Shown one piece after another: positions 1-11,703 of a stretch of DNA of 64,000 bases; position 1 is the first letter of the stretch, and each line of letters starts with the position of its first letter. The stretch lies in assembly GCF_006345805.1 (NCBI RefSeq), contig NC_043005.1, forward strand, positions 68,138,001 to 68,202,000, given 5' to 3'. A model generated the notes under the pieces. That model did no database searches, was not told the origin of the DNA, and was given only the letters and a program-made list of their open reading frames with translations. Made by a program: the position numbers and the translations under genes. Source of the DNA: Octopus sinensis (Eukaryota).

Positions 1-138
1 CCCCAGATTGTTCGCTTCATTACTTGTTTGTTGAACTCTTCTGTCTTCTATACCACACATCTATAACTTACTGCTGCTATACATTCAATCTCCATCTTAT
101 TTTTCTCTATTTCATAGTACTTGAGACTGAGAGAGTTC

Positions 139-492
139 GAGTCAAGCCAAGCTGAAACCTTCCATAACTTGTTCTGCAAATCCTATCTGCTCCCACACAT
201 ACACCTTTTATTGTAAGGCACATTGAACAGAAGTCTATATATTCTACCACACCTCATGTTGTGGGGCACGTCAGTTAAAAACCTATGTACTGCCTCACAT
301 ATTGTGGTACTTTGGAGTCAAGCCAACTTGAAACTTTCCATAACTTGTTCTGCAAATCCTATTTGCTCCCACACATACACCTTTTGTTGTAAGGCACATT
401 GAACAGAAGTCTATATATTCTACTACACCTTATGTTGTGGAGCACGTCAGTTAAAAACCTATGTACTGCCTCACATATTGTGGTACTTTGGA
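139..492. repeat. 176-bp tandem duplication (2 copies)
   Basis: GAGTCAAGCCAA starts at 139 and 315, and both copies end TGGTACTTTGGA (316, 492). A partial further copy of the distal part follows. Confidence 0.9.
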
Positions 493-1531
493 CAAAAACC
501 TATGTATTGCCACACATCTTGTGTTGTGTTGTGAGGTACATTGGAGAATAACCCTGTCTCCCACTCTCCTCCTTGTTGTTTAATCCCAATTCAATTCTAG
601 CTGAATAAACCTTTGGTCAAAAGCATACTATTTGTGCATCATGGAGTTTGCTTTTGCTCAGGGAGAGAAATAGTTTGTACCCACTGAGATATTAATATCT
701 ATCCTTTCCTTATACTTTTTACTGTGCTTATATTAAAATCCAGAATCCAAGGAAATAAAGCATGGTCTGTGATGGCAAAAGTTAGTCCATAGGAAAGTGC
801 AGTATGTTCAGTTGTCTTGAGAAGATGAAGAATCTAATATTTTGAGCTGTTGCTCTTTGTCCAGCATTAATTTGACACCTTATATAACATGAACTATCAA
901 GATATATCTAGTGAACCATCTATGCAGTTTCTTAGCATTCAGAAGTGTTGTAGGATTTCAAGTTTCTGTCTCTCAATGTGATATCCTATTTCTATTTCTT
1001 ATCTATTGTATATCCAGTTCTTTGTACTGAATATACAGTGTCCTTTTGCTTCCTACTCTATTCCTACATATTGAAGAAGGCTACTTTGCAGTGGAATTAG
1101 GATTTTATGCTCTGAGTTACTACCTCAGTCAACCTTTTGCCATATTAGTCTTTTGGGCTCTTAACCATTCTTTGAAGCATTTTCTGCATCCCTTTGATTG
1201 ATTTTGCTGAGATTCAAGTCAACAACATATATATATATATATATTTAGTTAAGCTTTACGAGGGGCAGGTGTGGTGAAATGTTTCTGGGTTTGGGTAAAA
1301 GAAAATACAGGAGGATCAATTAATTATGATTTTTACCCAACATATTTCCCTCTCAGATTCACACACTTATTGCAGTGGTCCTTCAGTTTTTCTTAGCCTT
1401 TGTAAAAGAACTCAGAAAGTTAAGCCTCTAACCAGGTCTTTCATGATACCCTTAAAGCCAGGAACTTTTCAGCCCTCCCTTGTAATACATAAACAGTTAT
1501 TCTGTGCAAATATTTCTGTCTTTCATATATA

Positions 1532-1942
1532 CTCTTTTACTTGTTCCAGTCATTTGACAGTCTTCATGCTGGAGCATCGCCTTTAGTTGAGCAAATTGAC
1601 CCAAGGACTTATTCTTTGTAAGCCTAGTACTTAGTCTATTGGTCTCTTTTTGCCGAATCGCTAAGTTACGGGGCCGTAAACACACCAGCATTGGTTATCA
1701 AGCGATGTTGGTGGAGACAAACACAGACACACAAACATATACACACACATACACATATATGTATATACATATATATACGACGGGCTTCTTTCAGTTTCCA
1801 TCTACCAAATCCACTCACAAGGCTTTGGTTGGCCTGAGGCTATAGTAGAAAGCACTTGCCCAAGGTGCCACGCAGTGGGACTGAACCCGGTACAATGCGG
1901 TTCGTAAGCAAGCTACTTACCACACAGCCACTCCTATGCCTA
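1532..1942 (-). mobile_element. tRNA-derived SINE, family A (full length)
   Basis: Minus strand reads TAGGCATAGGAGTGGCTGTGTGGTAAG (A box), GGGTTCAGTCCC (B box), CCTTGGGCAAGT, an internal (CA/TA)n, and tail GACTGGAACAAGTAAAAGA. Matches copies at 15966, 18333 and 54891. Confidence 0.9.
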
Positions 1943-2297
1943 TGTAAATAAATATTTGATGCATTTTCAAATTTTTCTCAGTATTTTCCCTACACATATA
2001 TATGAGCCAAAAGGGCCATCTTAAACACTAACCTATACTCTGACTTCCCCGCTGAATTCCCTGCCACTTCTAGCCTTTCTTATAGCACTGTCAAGCATTG
2101 TATGAATATCTTTTAAGAACCATGTTCAGTTTATAATGTACCCATTAAGATACGTTGCATGGAAATCCTTTCAAGAGGCTTCTTTATTTTAACATCTGCA
2201 AAGTAGATTGCTTCATTGTGAAAGGAAAGGTTGTTTTGTGGCTGTTTCACTAAATCTAGCTGTGCATGTAATTTGTTATTCGATTTCTCTATTTCAG

Positions 2298-2375
2298 GAA
2301 GAATTTGAAGATTCCTCAGGAAATGTTGTTGCCAAAAAGGTGTATGATGATCTAAAGAGACAAGGACTTCTATAA
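2298..2375 (+). CDS. SF3A3: Splicing factor 3A subunit 3 (Prp9/SAP61), terminal coding exon
   Basis: Pyrimidine-rich acceptor TTTCTCTATTTCAG, then EEFEDSSGNVVAKKVYDDLKRQGLL*, matching the conserved SF3A3 C-terminus (human EEYEDSSGNVVNKKTYEDLKRQGLL). Upstream exons were not found in the window. Confidence 0.92.
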   Translation, partial: EEFEDSSGNVVAKKVYDDLKRQGLL

Positions 2376-2382
2376 AAATTGT

Positions 2383-2627
2383 AATAAAGCCTCCATCTTC
2401 TGTTGACTTGTTTCATTTAAAAAACACAAAACAAAAAACAAACAAAAAAAACCTGTCATATTTTCATTAAACAAAGTAAAAAAGCAAAACAAAGGATCCA
2501 TTAAGTTGAAGAGAACATCAGAATATGAAGGTGTATTCTTTTATCACTTAAGACACATCATGTAACATCATTAATCTATTTTCTCAACTTGTAATATTTT
2601 TTTTTTTTTTTCTTTCACTTAATTAAA
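2383..2627 (+). promoter_or_regulatory. Candidate SF3A3 polyadenylation signals
   Basis: AATAAA at 2383-2388 and ATTAAA at 2622-2627 in AT-rich sequence after the stop codon. Which is used cannot be determined. Confidence 0.3.
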
Positions 2628-3079
2628 GAGAATTGAATAATTTTAATGAATGTTCAGTTTTATCGATTTCATATCTGGAATTCCTGTTTTCCTTTTTCTG
2701 TTCTGTGTTAACTGACTGATGGAACGATTGTTTCCATATCTGCTAGAGGATTTATTTGCCTTTTATTTCTTTGTGGCACCATTTCAGTGATAATCTCAAT
2801 GATTTCTTACATAAGCCTAAGGACACAAGAATCGGCAAAGTAAATAATGGAATCAGCCAGTATTAATGTAACTGGGAGCTATTCAGTTAAACCCTGAAGG
2901 AAGAGAAGCTTAATCAACACTAGCACTATTCGAACTGAATGTGTAGACAGAAGGAATTATGTCCTGTATGATGTCTGGTCCAACAGCCCTACTGTATTTG
3001 GTGCTTCAGTGTTTTCCCTGTGCCCTGACATTTTCACAAATGACCGAAGATGAAGAGCATGGATGATGGCAAAGCTTAT

Positions 3080-3336
3080 TCAAGGCTGTTGCATGATGTC
3101 AAACATAAAACGGAGATACAAGCACACACAACGCCCCACGCACGCACCACTCCACGCATGCACACACATTTATATGCGACGGGGGTTCTTTTTAATCCCT
3201 ACCAAATCCACTCACAAGGCTTTTCATGACCCAGCACTATAGTAGAGGACATTTGCCCGAGGTATAGCATAGTGGGACTGAACCAGCAACTACGTAGTGG
3301 CAAGCAAGCTTCTTAACCACACAGCCATGCCTGCGC
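3080..3336 (-). mobile_element. Diverged family A SINE (5' half)
   Basis: CTACCAAATCCACTCACAAGGC, AGTGGGACTGAACC and AACCACACAGCCATGCCTGCGC match the family A head on the minus strand. Confidence 0.75.
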
Positions 3337-3513
3337 TTCTTCCTCCCAATCTCTTTGTTTCTGTGCTTAAGCTTGTATAAGAGAAAAGTATGTTGTATTA
3401 CTTTCTTCCTCATATAGAAGGTAAACTTAGCCATTTAATAAATAGAAAACGATAACATAAGTAAAAATGCTAGTTCTAAAATCCCTCTAAGAGATCGCAG
3501 TAGTCGTACTAAC

Positions 3514-3888
3514 AAGTAGTGTTCGTAGCTACTTCAACTTGGCTGTCTATCCGAACAGACTTTACTGCGATTTTTTTTTAAGCCCGAGAGCACATCTTTT
3601 CTAGCTGGTTAACGAAGCACAGCTGCGTCCGAGATATTGTGTGCAGATGAGCGAACCCCTACCACCTTCTAGCGACGGGACTAGAAGAGAGGCAGAAATA
3701 GCCCGAAACCAGGCTGGTCTGCGGATCCCGTCGCTAGAAGGTGGTAGGAGTTCGCTCCCCTGCTCGCAATATCTCGGATGCAGCTGTGCATCGTTAGCCA
3801 GCTAGAGGAGATGTCCTCTTGTGGTTAGAAAATCGCAGTAAAGTCCCTTCGGATGGACAGCCATGTTGAAGTGCTACAAACATTACTT
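3514..3888. mobile_element. Palindromic MITE/fold-back element
   Basis: Imperfect inverted arms 3514-3680 and 3726-3888 with a 45-bp spacer. GC-rich relative to flanks and no coding capacity. Confidence 0.75.
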
Positions 3889-4000
3889 AATAACATAAGT
3901 ACTAGACCAAAATATGTACTAGTGTTGAAAAAATGATCGACTAAACATTTGAAGTTCGTGCTCCAGCAATAACTAGTCTAATGACTTGAAACAGTATGTA

Positions 4001-4491
4001 TTGGGTTGTCCAGAAAGTTCGTGCCGATTTATAGTAATCTACCTTTCGACTTATTTTAGAACATGGTTGAGTCCATAAAATAGGATTTGACTACACCTCC
4101 AATTAAAGCACAGTTTCAGCTATCTTTTCATGGAAGAAGGTTTATGTTCCTATAACCTGTGTTAATTCTGTAACTCTTTTAAAATGGAAGATAAGAAAGT
4201 TCATTTTCGGCACTTGGTATTTCGGGAACCAGACAAAAATTGCTGCAGTTCGGCTGGGATGTGTTACCCCACCCTCCAATTCCTTGGATGACATAAAAAG
4301 ATACCTTGACGAATTCTTTGCCATGAAACCACCTCAATTCTGGGAAGAGGGTATTTTCAAATTAAAGGTAAGATGGAGACGCATTGTGCAAGAAAATGTT
4401 TCATATTTGGTTGATTAAAAATGTAATGGCAAGTACTTATTGACCTTTTTCTTTCCTTTAAAAATCGGTATGAACTTTCCGGACAACCCAA
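4001..4491 (+). mobile_element. Internally deleted mariner transposon
   Basis: TA-flanked TIRs (TTGGGTTGTCCAGAAAGTTC...GAACTTTCCGGACAACCCAA). Transposase N-terminus MEDKKVHFRH is fused to KLLQFGWDVLPHPP and to C-terminal YLDEFFAMKPPQFWEEGIFKL. Confidence 0.9.
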
Positions 4492-4633
4492 TACATTCAT
4501 ATATTTCCACTTCGAATTTTCGTCGCATTTGATTACGTTTTCTGTTATTTTAGTAACTTATTTCTGGTCATAAGTATAGTCATAGCTACTGTCTGTCTAT
4601 TGGTGGACTCTCCTGTTGCAAACGGCAGGTAAA

Positions 4634-4873
4634 GGTTTTGCAATTTCTTACTAAACAACCTCTACACATGATTTGTTTATAGTGATCAAATGTTTGTGCT
4701 GTACATTAGCGCACTCCTTCCATCAGATTGGTATTGCCTGTACAAGTGCATTGGAGTACCACACGTCAGATATTGAAGTGATCAAAGAGCAGCGTGAAAT
4801 GAAATGTTTTACTCAAGAACACTATGCACCACCCAGTCTGGGAATCGAAACTATGACTTTGCGATCGCGAGCC
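4634..4873 (-). mobile_element. tRNA-derived SINE with CORE-like segment (family E, 5'-truncated)
   Basis: Minus strand has B box GTTTCGATTCCC, then GTGTTCTTGAGTAAAACATTTCATTTCACGCTGCTC as in family C, followed by a different tail. Confidence 0.6.
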
Positions 4874-4888
4874 TTCATATAGTGGTGA

Positions 4889-5058
4889 TACGTTCTGAGT
4901 TCAAATTCCGCCGAGGTCGATTTTGCCTTTCCTTCTTTCGGGGTCGATAAATTAAGTACTAGTTACGCACTGGGTCGATGTAATCGACTTAATCCCTTTG
5001 TCTGTCTTTGTTTGTCCCCTCTGTGTTTAGCCCCTTGTGGGTAGTAAAGAAATAGATA
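4889..5058 (+). mobile_element. SINE family B body (headless)
   Basis: GTTCTGAGTTCAAATTCCGCCGAGGTCG...GGGTAGTAAAGAAATAG, shared with all family B copies. Confidence 0.88.
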
Positions 5059-5110
5059 TATTGATGGTAATCTTGAATTGTAATTTTATTGACAATTATG
5101 TTGTATCCGC

Positions 5111-5443
5111 GAAAGCGCATGGCTCAGTGGTTCGAGCGTCGTGCTTACGATCGCGAGGTTGTGAGTTCGGATCCCGGACAGGACTGCGTATTGTGTTCTT
5201 GGGCAAGACACTTTATTTCACGTTGTTACAGTTCACTCAATTGTAGAAATGAGTTGCGACATCACTGGTGCCAAGCTGTATCGGCCTTTGCCTTTCCCTT
5301 GGATAACATCGGTGGCGTGGAGAGGGGAGGCTGGTATGCATGGGCGACTGCTGGTCTTCCATAAACAACCTTGCCCGGACTTGTGCCTCGGAGGGTAACT
5401 TTCTAGGTACAATCCCATGGTCATTCATGACCAAAGGGGGTCT
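5111..5443 (+). mobile_element. tRNA-derived CORE-like SINE, family C (full length)
   Basis: A box TGGCTCAGTGG, B box GAGTTCGGATCCC, central TTCTTGGGCAAGACACTTT...CAGTTCACTCAATTGTAGAAATGAG resembling the MIR/CORE domain. Tail shared with copies at 18985 and 37983. Confidence 0.88.
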
Positions 5444-5483
5444 CAGCATGTTGTATCCAAAATGATGGTGCGTTCCATGTATA

Positions 5484-5716
5484 TATTTCTTTACTACCCA
5501 CAAGGGGCTAAACACAGAGGGGACAAACAAGGACAGTCAAAGGGATTAAGTCGATTACATCGACCCCAGTGCGTAACTGGTACTTATTTAATCGACCCCG
5601 AAAGGATGAAAGGCAAAGTAGACCTCGGCTGAATTTGAACTCAGAACGTAGCGGCAGACGAAATACTGCTATGCATTTCGCCCGGCGTGCTAACGTTTCT
5701 GCCAGCTCGCCGCCTT
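5484..5716 (-). mobile_element. SINE family B monomer with TSD
   Basis: Head AAGGCGGCGAGCTGGCAGAAACG on the minus strand. Flanks GTGCGTTCCATGTATAT (5468) and GTGTGTTCCATATATAT (5717) form an approximately 17-bp TSD. Confidence 0.9.
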
Positions 5717-5970
5717 GTGTGTTCCATATATATCACGTTTAGAAGCCTTAGTGTAACACATCTCTGATATCTCAGTTCCTATCTTTATGTATGCATGCAT
5801 ACATATAAGAAAAAAGAGAGTAGTCGTGTTTCTGTGATTTTTTCGAAATGCTTCCTGTAGTAGGAATCAATAAGAGTGCTCAACATACTAACGTTTAAAG
5901 CTTTATAGACAATCTGAATCACAAAAGATTTTGAAGTGCTCGTGCATGTTTGTGGAAATCTATGAATGTA

Positions 5971-6197
5971 TTGGGTTGTCCGGAAAGTTCATGCCGATTT
6001 TTAAAGGCAAAAAAAAAAAGGTCAATAAATACTTGCCATTACACTTTTAATCAACCAGCTATGAACCGTTTTGTTGCACAATGCGTCTCCATCTTTCCTT
6101 TAACTTGAAAATTACCCTCTTCCCAGAATTGAGGTGGTTTCATGGCAAAGAATTATTCAAGGTATCTTTTTACGTCATCCAAGGAATAGAAATTTTT
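5971..6197 (-). mobile_element. Mariner 3' half (same family as 4001-4491)
   Basis: TA + TIR TTGGGTTGTCCGGAAAGTTCATGCCGATTT, followed by the reverse complement of the transposase C-terminal region. Confidence 0.85.
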
Positions 6198-6939
6198 ACC
6201 ATGTTTGTGAATGCATGTGCGCCGGTGCCCGATTCGTCATGACCTTCAGTCAACAACTCGAATGGAAACTGGTGTCCGTGTTTGTGCTTTCCTTGTATAT
6301 ATATATATCACTTGCTCTCTGATTAATCTTTCTACTGTTTAATCGTTACGCAATGCGGATAATTTGCACCCCTCCACACACAAACACACAGTTATATCAC
6401 TGAGACATATTTTGTGTTTCTGCAGACGGGTCGACTTAGTAAGGAATCTTCGCCACGAGTTTCATCAGCTGAAATCAAATAAAGTTCAGCTAAGCAAGTG
6501 TTTGAAAATAATGTCCGAAAGTATCAAATTTGAGAGAAATTTCATTGAAATTCAGGCTTTCTTACACTGAAGTACATCAACAACGTTTGTGACAGCTGCA
6601 TATAGAACTATCAATTTCAAAAGTATTTTAAAGAAATATATTCTGGTGTAGTAGTCTGAGAATGGTCAAGTGGACAGACAGAATCAGAAAACAGTTTGAG
6701 ATGCCTGCCTGCCTGCCTGCCTGCCTGCACGCCCTACCCCCTCGTGTATATGCCTGTGTGGAAGTCACCCGCAATCAAGGATGATTTGGAAGCAGGCACC
6801 ATGCTTCCGTTGATTATTTTTGGAGCCTAGGGTAGTCGCGAGAAAAATACAAACTGCCTCTCAGCCTTTCCATCCATGTCCTAGTGGGACATCCAGGAGG
6901 AGTTAGTTGCATGAGTACTGGGTTAGTAGTTCATCTATC

Positions 6940-7052
6940 GCTCTCTAAAGGACGAAAGATTTAAGTTGATCTCAGTTGAATTTGAACTCAGACTGTTGAA
7001 CGGCGAAACAAATGTCGCGACGTATTCTGACCGACGCTCTAACGATTCTGCC
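6940..7052 (-). mobile_element. Old diverged family B SINE fragment
   Basis: GAATTTGAACTCAGA...CGACGCTCTAACGATTCTGCC. Confidence 0.55.
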
Positions 7053-7249
7053 TATCGTGCACGCACGTCGATCTTTGTCTAATTTTCTTAAGTAGCCAGC
7101 ATGAGGCATCCAGCTGATCCACTTAGAAGAATCAAAGTAGTTATTATTGACAACTTGGGCGTTGTGGTCCTCTCTTCTCCCTATAACCAAACCAAACCAA
7201 ATATAAAACTCAAGAACTATCAAAGAATCAAAATACTGCTCAATCTGCA

Positions 7250-7598
7250 GTGTAATTCTACCCCCTTTTTTTTCCTGAGCATCGTGGATACTGTTCCAAA
7301 CTGGACCCCATTCATCACCTTCCTACAAATATTCAAGCCCAGTTTCTTGTCCCTCTCTTAGCTACTAACATCTCCCCTCTTATCTCTCTATACTCTACCT
7401 TAGGTGTACCTGTCTCACTATATATCAGCAACAAGTACTTTTAGTTAATCTAGTTCAAAGTCTCCCCCTCCCCACTCGTCTCATTATTTTGTGCTCTTTC
7501 AATGACCAACAACACTTCGATTATATCTCTCCCTTCGCCAAAAACATCTAACTTCACCCCTTTCTGAAGTCATCGTCCTCGGTGACTTCAATATCTAA
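7250..7598 (+). mobile_element. Degenerate LINE apurinic-endonuclease remnant
   Basis: 7563-7595 encodes SEVIVLGDFNI, the APE GDFN motif of non-LTR ORF2. Upstream frames are broken and the left boundary is approximate. Confidence 0.5.
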
Positions 7599-7924
7599 AA
7601 CGATGTTGTATAAAGGCTTTTCGTAGTATAGAAGTAGGGGGTGTTAATGCTGTCACGATAGCTCATTGCATCATCTGGAATAACAGAAATATATCCATGC
7701 AGGGAAAAATATTTTTTGAGAAATTTCGTTTCGACGATTGTTGTCAACCATACATAATGGGTCAAAATAAGCTCTAAACTAATAAGGTTGAGTATTACGT
7801 ATTAAATGACTCTTACTAACAAGTATTAGTTAAATAAAACGGCATTCCTCCGTTGAATCATTGGGCGTCTAGATGAAATAGCAAGAAAGAAAATCGATAT
7901 GCGGCATGCTCTTACCATAACTAT

Positions 7925-8421
7925 GTTCAATGCCATAAAGATAACCAACGATATGAACACTCCAACGTTGGGCCATATTTTTTTTCCTTTTGAAAGGAAT
8001 TTATTAAGACTATAGTTAAACTAAAGTGCTTTACTACCTATCGCAACCGTGAAATGTTTATTGAATAAGTGCCCCGTAAAACCGTTTAATTGCCCAATAA
8101 ATAGGCAAAGCTTCTAAAGCAGTTTATAGATAATCTCTCTTTTTTTTTTTGGTTTGGAGTCTAAAAGCTTCTAAAGCAGTTTGTTGATAATCCTTTTTTT
8201 TTCCTTGAGAATCTAAAGCCAAAACGATTATCCACAAACTACTTCAGAAGCTTTGCCTATTTATTGAGCCGGTTAACCAGTTTTACAAGTATTCTATTCA
8301 ACAAATATTTCACTGCTGCGATGGATGGTAAAGCACTTCAGTTTAATTATAGTCTTAATAAATCCTTTTCATTTTCAACATTGGAGTGTTCATATTGGTG
8401 GTAATCTTTATGGCATTGAAC
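7925..8421. mobile_element. Long-TIR palindromic MITE
   Basis: Diverged inverted arms 7925-8135 and 8226-8421. An internal direct repeat AAAGCTTCTAAAGCAGTTT lies in the spacer. Confidence 0.7.
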
Positions 8422-8931
8422 CCTCCCCTAAAATTGCTGGTATTGTACTAAAATTTGTAACCATTATTTAGAAACAGACCAGCCTGAATGACTTTAATTG
8501 TACAAAAGAGAAAAAAAAATCAGATTTCGAAGAAGAATTTAAAAACAGTAAAGGAACAATCGTCGGCCGTCATAAAAAAAAGAGGGTGTCTAACAGTGCA
8601 ATGTATTGAGATGATTTTTGACGTAATTTTCCAATTTCAGTAACATTTCTGTCGCTCAGCTGCACTTATTGATTTGGTGCCACCAGAATCTGTCAAATCA
8701 TTTACTAATTCTATGAAAATTGACAGAAGCTGACTTTGAAGGATTGCCACAAGTGTAATGAATTACGTGTCAATAAAGCTAATGCCAGATTAGAACTATT
8801 GTTTCAGCCATGTGTGTGTGTGTGTATGTATGTATGCATGCATGCATGCATGTATGTATGCGTATATGTAAGTATAAGTGTAAACACACTCATATGTATG
8901 TATGGATACACACATACACACACACACACAT

Positions 8932-8965
<34 letters not shown>

Positions 8966-9056
8966 TATTCAAAGAAATTCAAACCTTGTCTGATTTTCAC
9001 ATTTTATTTACAATCTTATAATAATATAATATAATATAGTATAATATAAGATAATA

Positions 9057-9449
9057 TCTTTATATATAAAAGTGAGGTTGTGTGCTGTCTGTCTCCTACG
9101 ATTTAGATTCCTAACTACTCCCACATTTTGCGGTGCAGTTTAACCAAAACCGGGTATCTTATAGTCGTGATTCATGTCGAGCCCTTCTGGGTATGAGCGC
9201 GCGTCTACGATGAGTCTACGGTTTAAAAAAAAATTACCATCAATTTTTCCCATTTTTAATGCATTTTTGGCATATATAAGGGAAGTAACTCTCTAAAAAT
9301 TTATTAAATCTCAGAACGTAAAAAGCTACAGTAACACCCCTCCCTTTGTGGTTAGCCATATTGAGATGGCTATTATACTTTACATCTCTAAAAATGCTTA
9401 TATAGTTATTTCCCTTACCAACCCGAGCAACGCCGGGCAATACTGCTAG
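9057..9449 (+). mobile_element. Non-autonomous Helitron
   Basis: A|TC 5' end, subterminal hairpin CCCG-AGCAACGC-CGGG (9422-9437), CTAG|T 3' end, no TSD. A second copy lies at 48621-49008. Confidence 0.85.
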
Positions 9450-9674
9450 TAATATAATAAAATGATAGAATATTGAATGTCCATTCTGATTGAACTAGTA
9501 CTTTCATGCATTAAACTATGCAATCTTCAGGTTCATGTAGTTATGTTTTACAATTTACAATTGTTGTTTAATTGCTTTCCATACTTACAGTTGAAAAAGT
9601 TTCAATGACTGAAACCGGTACTGAAATATATTTTATAAAATTATTTTAGCATCTTCGACCTTGACTTTTTTTTC

Positions 9675-9709
<35 letters not shown>

Positions 9710-9768
9710 TATATATATAATATGTATGTATATATGTCTGTCTGTATGTATTTATGTATGGATGAATG

Positions 9769-9804
<36 letters not shown>

Positions 9805-10258
9805 TATTTCGTTTTTGAATTTGGTTTGCAAGATTCTTTATATGAGTTCGTGTGTTGAAGCATATTCTGTTGTGTCTGGGGAGAGTCATTCTCTTTTAGT
9901 GCCTTATTATTTAACACACTCACCTTAAAGGTTGCAAGACGCAAGGAAAATGTTAGAAAATAAAAATAAGAAATAAGTGGAAATTTTACCGGTGAGTGTG
10001 TTAAATAATAAGGTACTAAAAGAGAATGACTCTCCCCAGACACAACAGTATATACACATATTTATACACTTATATATATGTCTTATATAATGAAACAGAG
10101 TTTGTGTGTGTGCGCACGTATGTATGTACGTTGCTGATTTTCACGTATGAAGTGTCAAAAGATTCAGTAATCTTTCGGCTGCCAAGTAAAGTATGTTTTT
10201 GACACAACTCTTTTTTACCACTAAAATGGATGCATTGTTAATCTATATTACTACTACA

Positions 10259-10466
10259 GGACTCCGTCTGTTACGAAAACGAGGGTTCCAGTTGATCCAA
10301 TCAACGGAACAGCCTGCTCGTGAAATTAACGTGGAAGTGGTTGAGCATTTCACAGACACGTGTTCTCCTAACGTAGTTTTGGGGGAGATTCAACGTGACA
10401 CAGAGTGACACAGAAGGCTGACCATTTGAAATACAGGTACAACAGAAACAGAAGGAGAAAGTTGTG
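10259..10466 (-). mobile_element. SINE family D 3' tail (type D1)
   Basis: Reverse complement matches the 3' half of the full copy at 50152-50530. Confidence 0.75.
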
Positions 10467-11030
10467 ACACACGCACTCACAAACAGACAGTGTATATACT
10501 CACACATTGTTTCATACACACACACGTTTTTGTTCACACACACACACACACACACACACAGAGGTGCTCTCAAGTACACATAGACACATTAACATCAAAC
10601 ACACGCGTTTGCTCATACGCGTGACGCGCCTATGTCCACACATATACATGCACTCATTAGCTTCTTACACACACACACATGCCTGCAGGCGCGTGCGCCA
10701 GCATGCACACTGACATTTATCTCAGGTCACCCTTGACACCCCTCAAACCAGCTACATTGACCGTTTACGTAATATAGGTAAGTTCTTTTTCTCTCCCTAT
10801 CTTTTTTTCCCTCCTCATCTATCTGTTTTTCTAGAAGAGCATAGACTCGAAATGCTAAAGTCTTTCAACACAATCTCTCCCTCCTCCAGCTGACAGTTTT
10901 TTGAACTTTTTCTTTACGAAAAATACACCTTTTGTGGCAGTTATAACGAAATTGCTTTCCTATAGCACAGTAATAAAGCATTTCAACCCCCGGGAATTAC
11001 CGGGTACACCAGCAAGTGTACACACACACA

Positions 11031-11068
<38 letters not shown>

Positions 11069-11075
11069 ACACACA

Positions 11076-11106
<31 letters not shown>

Positions 11107-11109
11107 GTA

Positions 11110-11703
11110 TGTTCTCCCCCTCTTCTCCTCTCTCCACACTACACCACACGACTTTACACATCACATCATATATGATGTGCCATACTAATACACACACACA
11201 CTTATACATACTAATACGTACTAATACATACTAATACATACTAATACATACACCAACCCCATACATACGCACGTCCAGACCTATCATACGCACTAATACT
11301 CTCTCATACACACACACACCCTTATACATACTAATACATACTAATACATACACCAACCCTATACATACACACGTCCAGACCTCTCCTACGGACTAATAGC
11401 TGGTCATTCAACCCTATTATCAACCCTATTATCTCCCCTTATTTCGCTCTCGCGTCTCATGTTTGATCTTTGACCTCTGGCCGAAATCAGATCGCCATGT
11501 TGATTCGTTAGTTACTGCACGCATTTTTTTTCTCTCCTTCTTTCTGTGTTTTTTTTCTCTCTGTGTATCTTTCTGTTGAAGAGCGTAGGCTCGAAACGTT
11601 AAAGACTTGTTTTATTTATATTTCCTGAGCGCCATACTAATACAATTGTTTGTTTGTTTCCCACCTGCCTTCGTCTTTTGTCTATTTTCATAAAGCTTCC
11701 CGT

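Noticed and set aside
6420-6570. Possible exon after TTTCTGCAG (RRVDLVRNLRHEF...)
   Set aside because: No recognisable protein similarity and no linkage to either gene. It needs RNA-seq.
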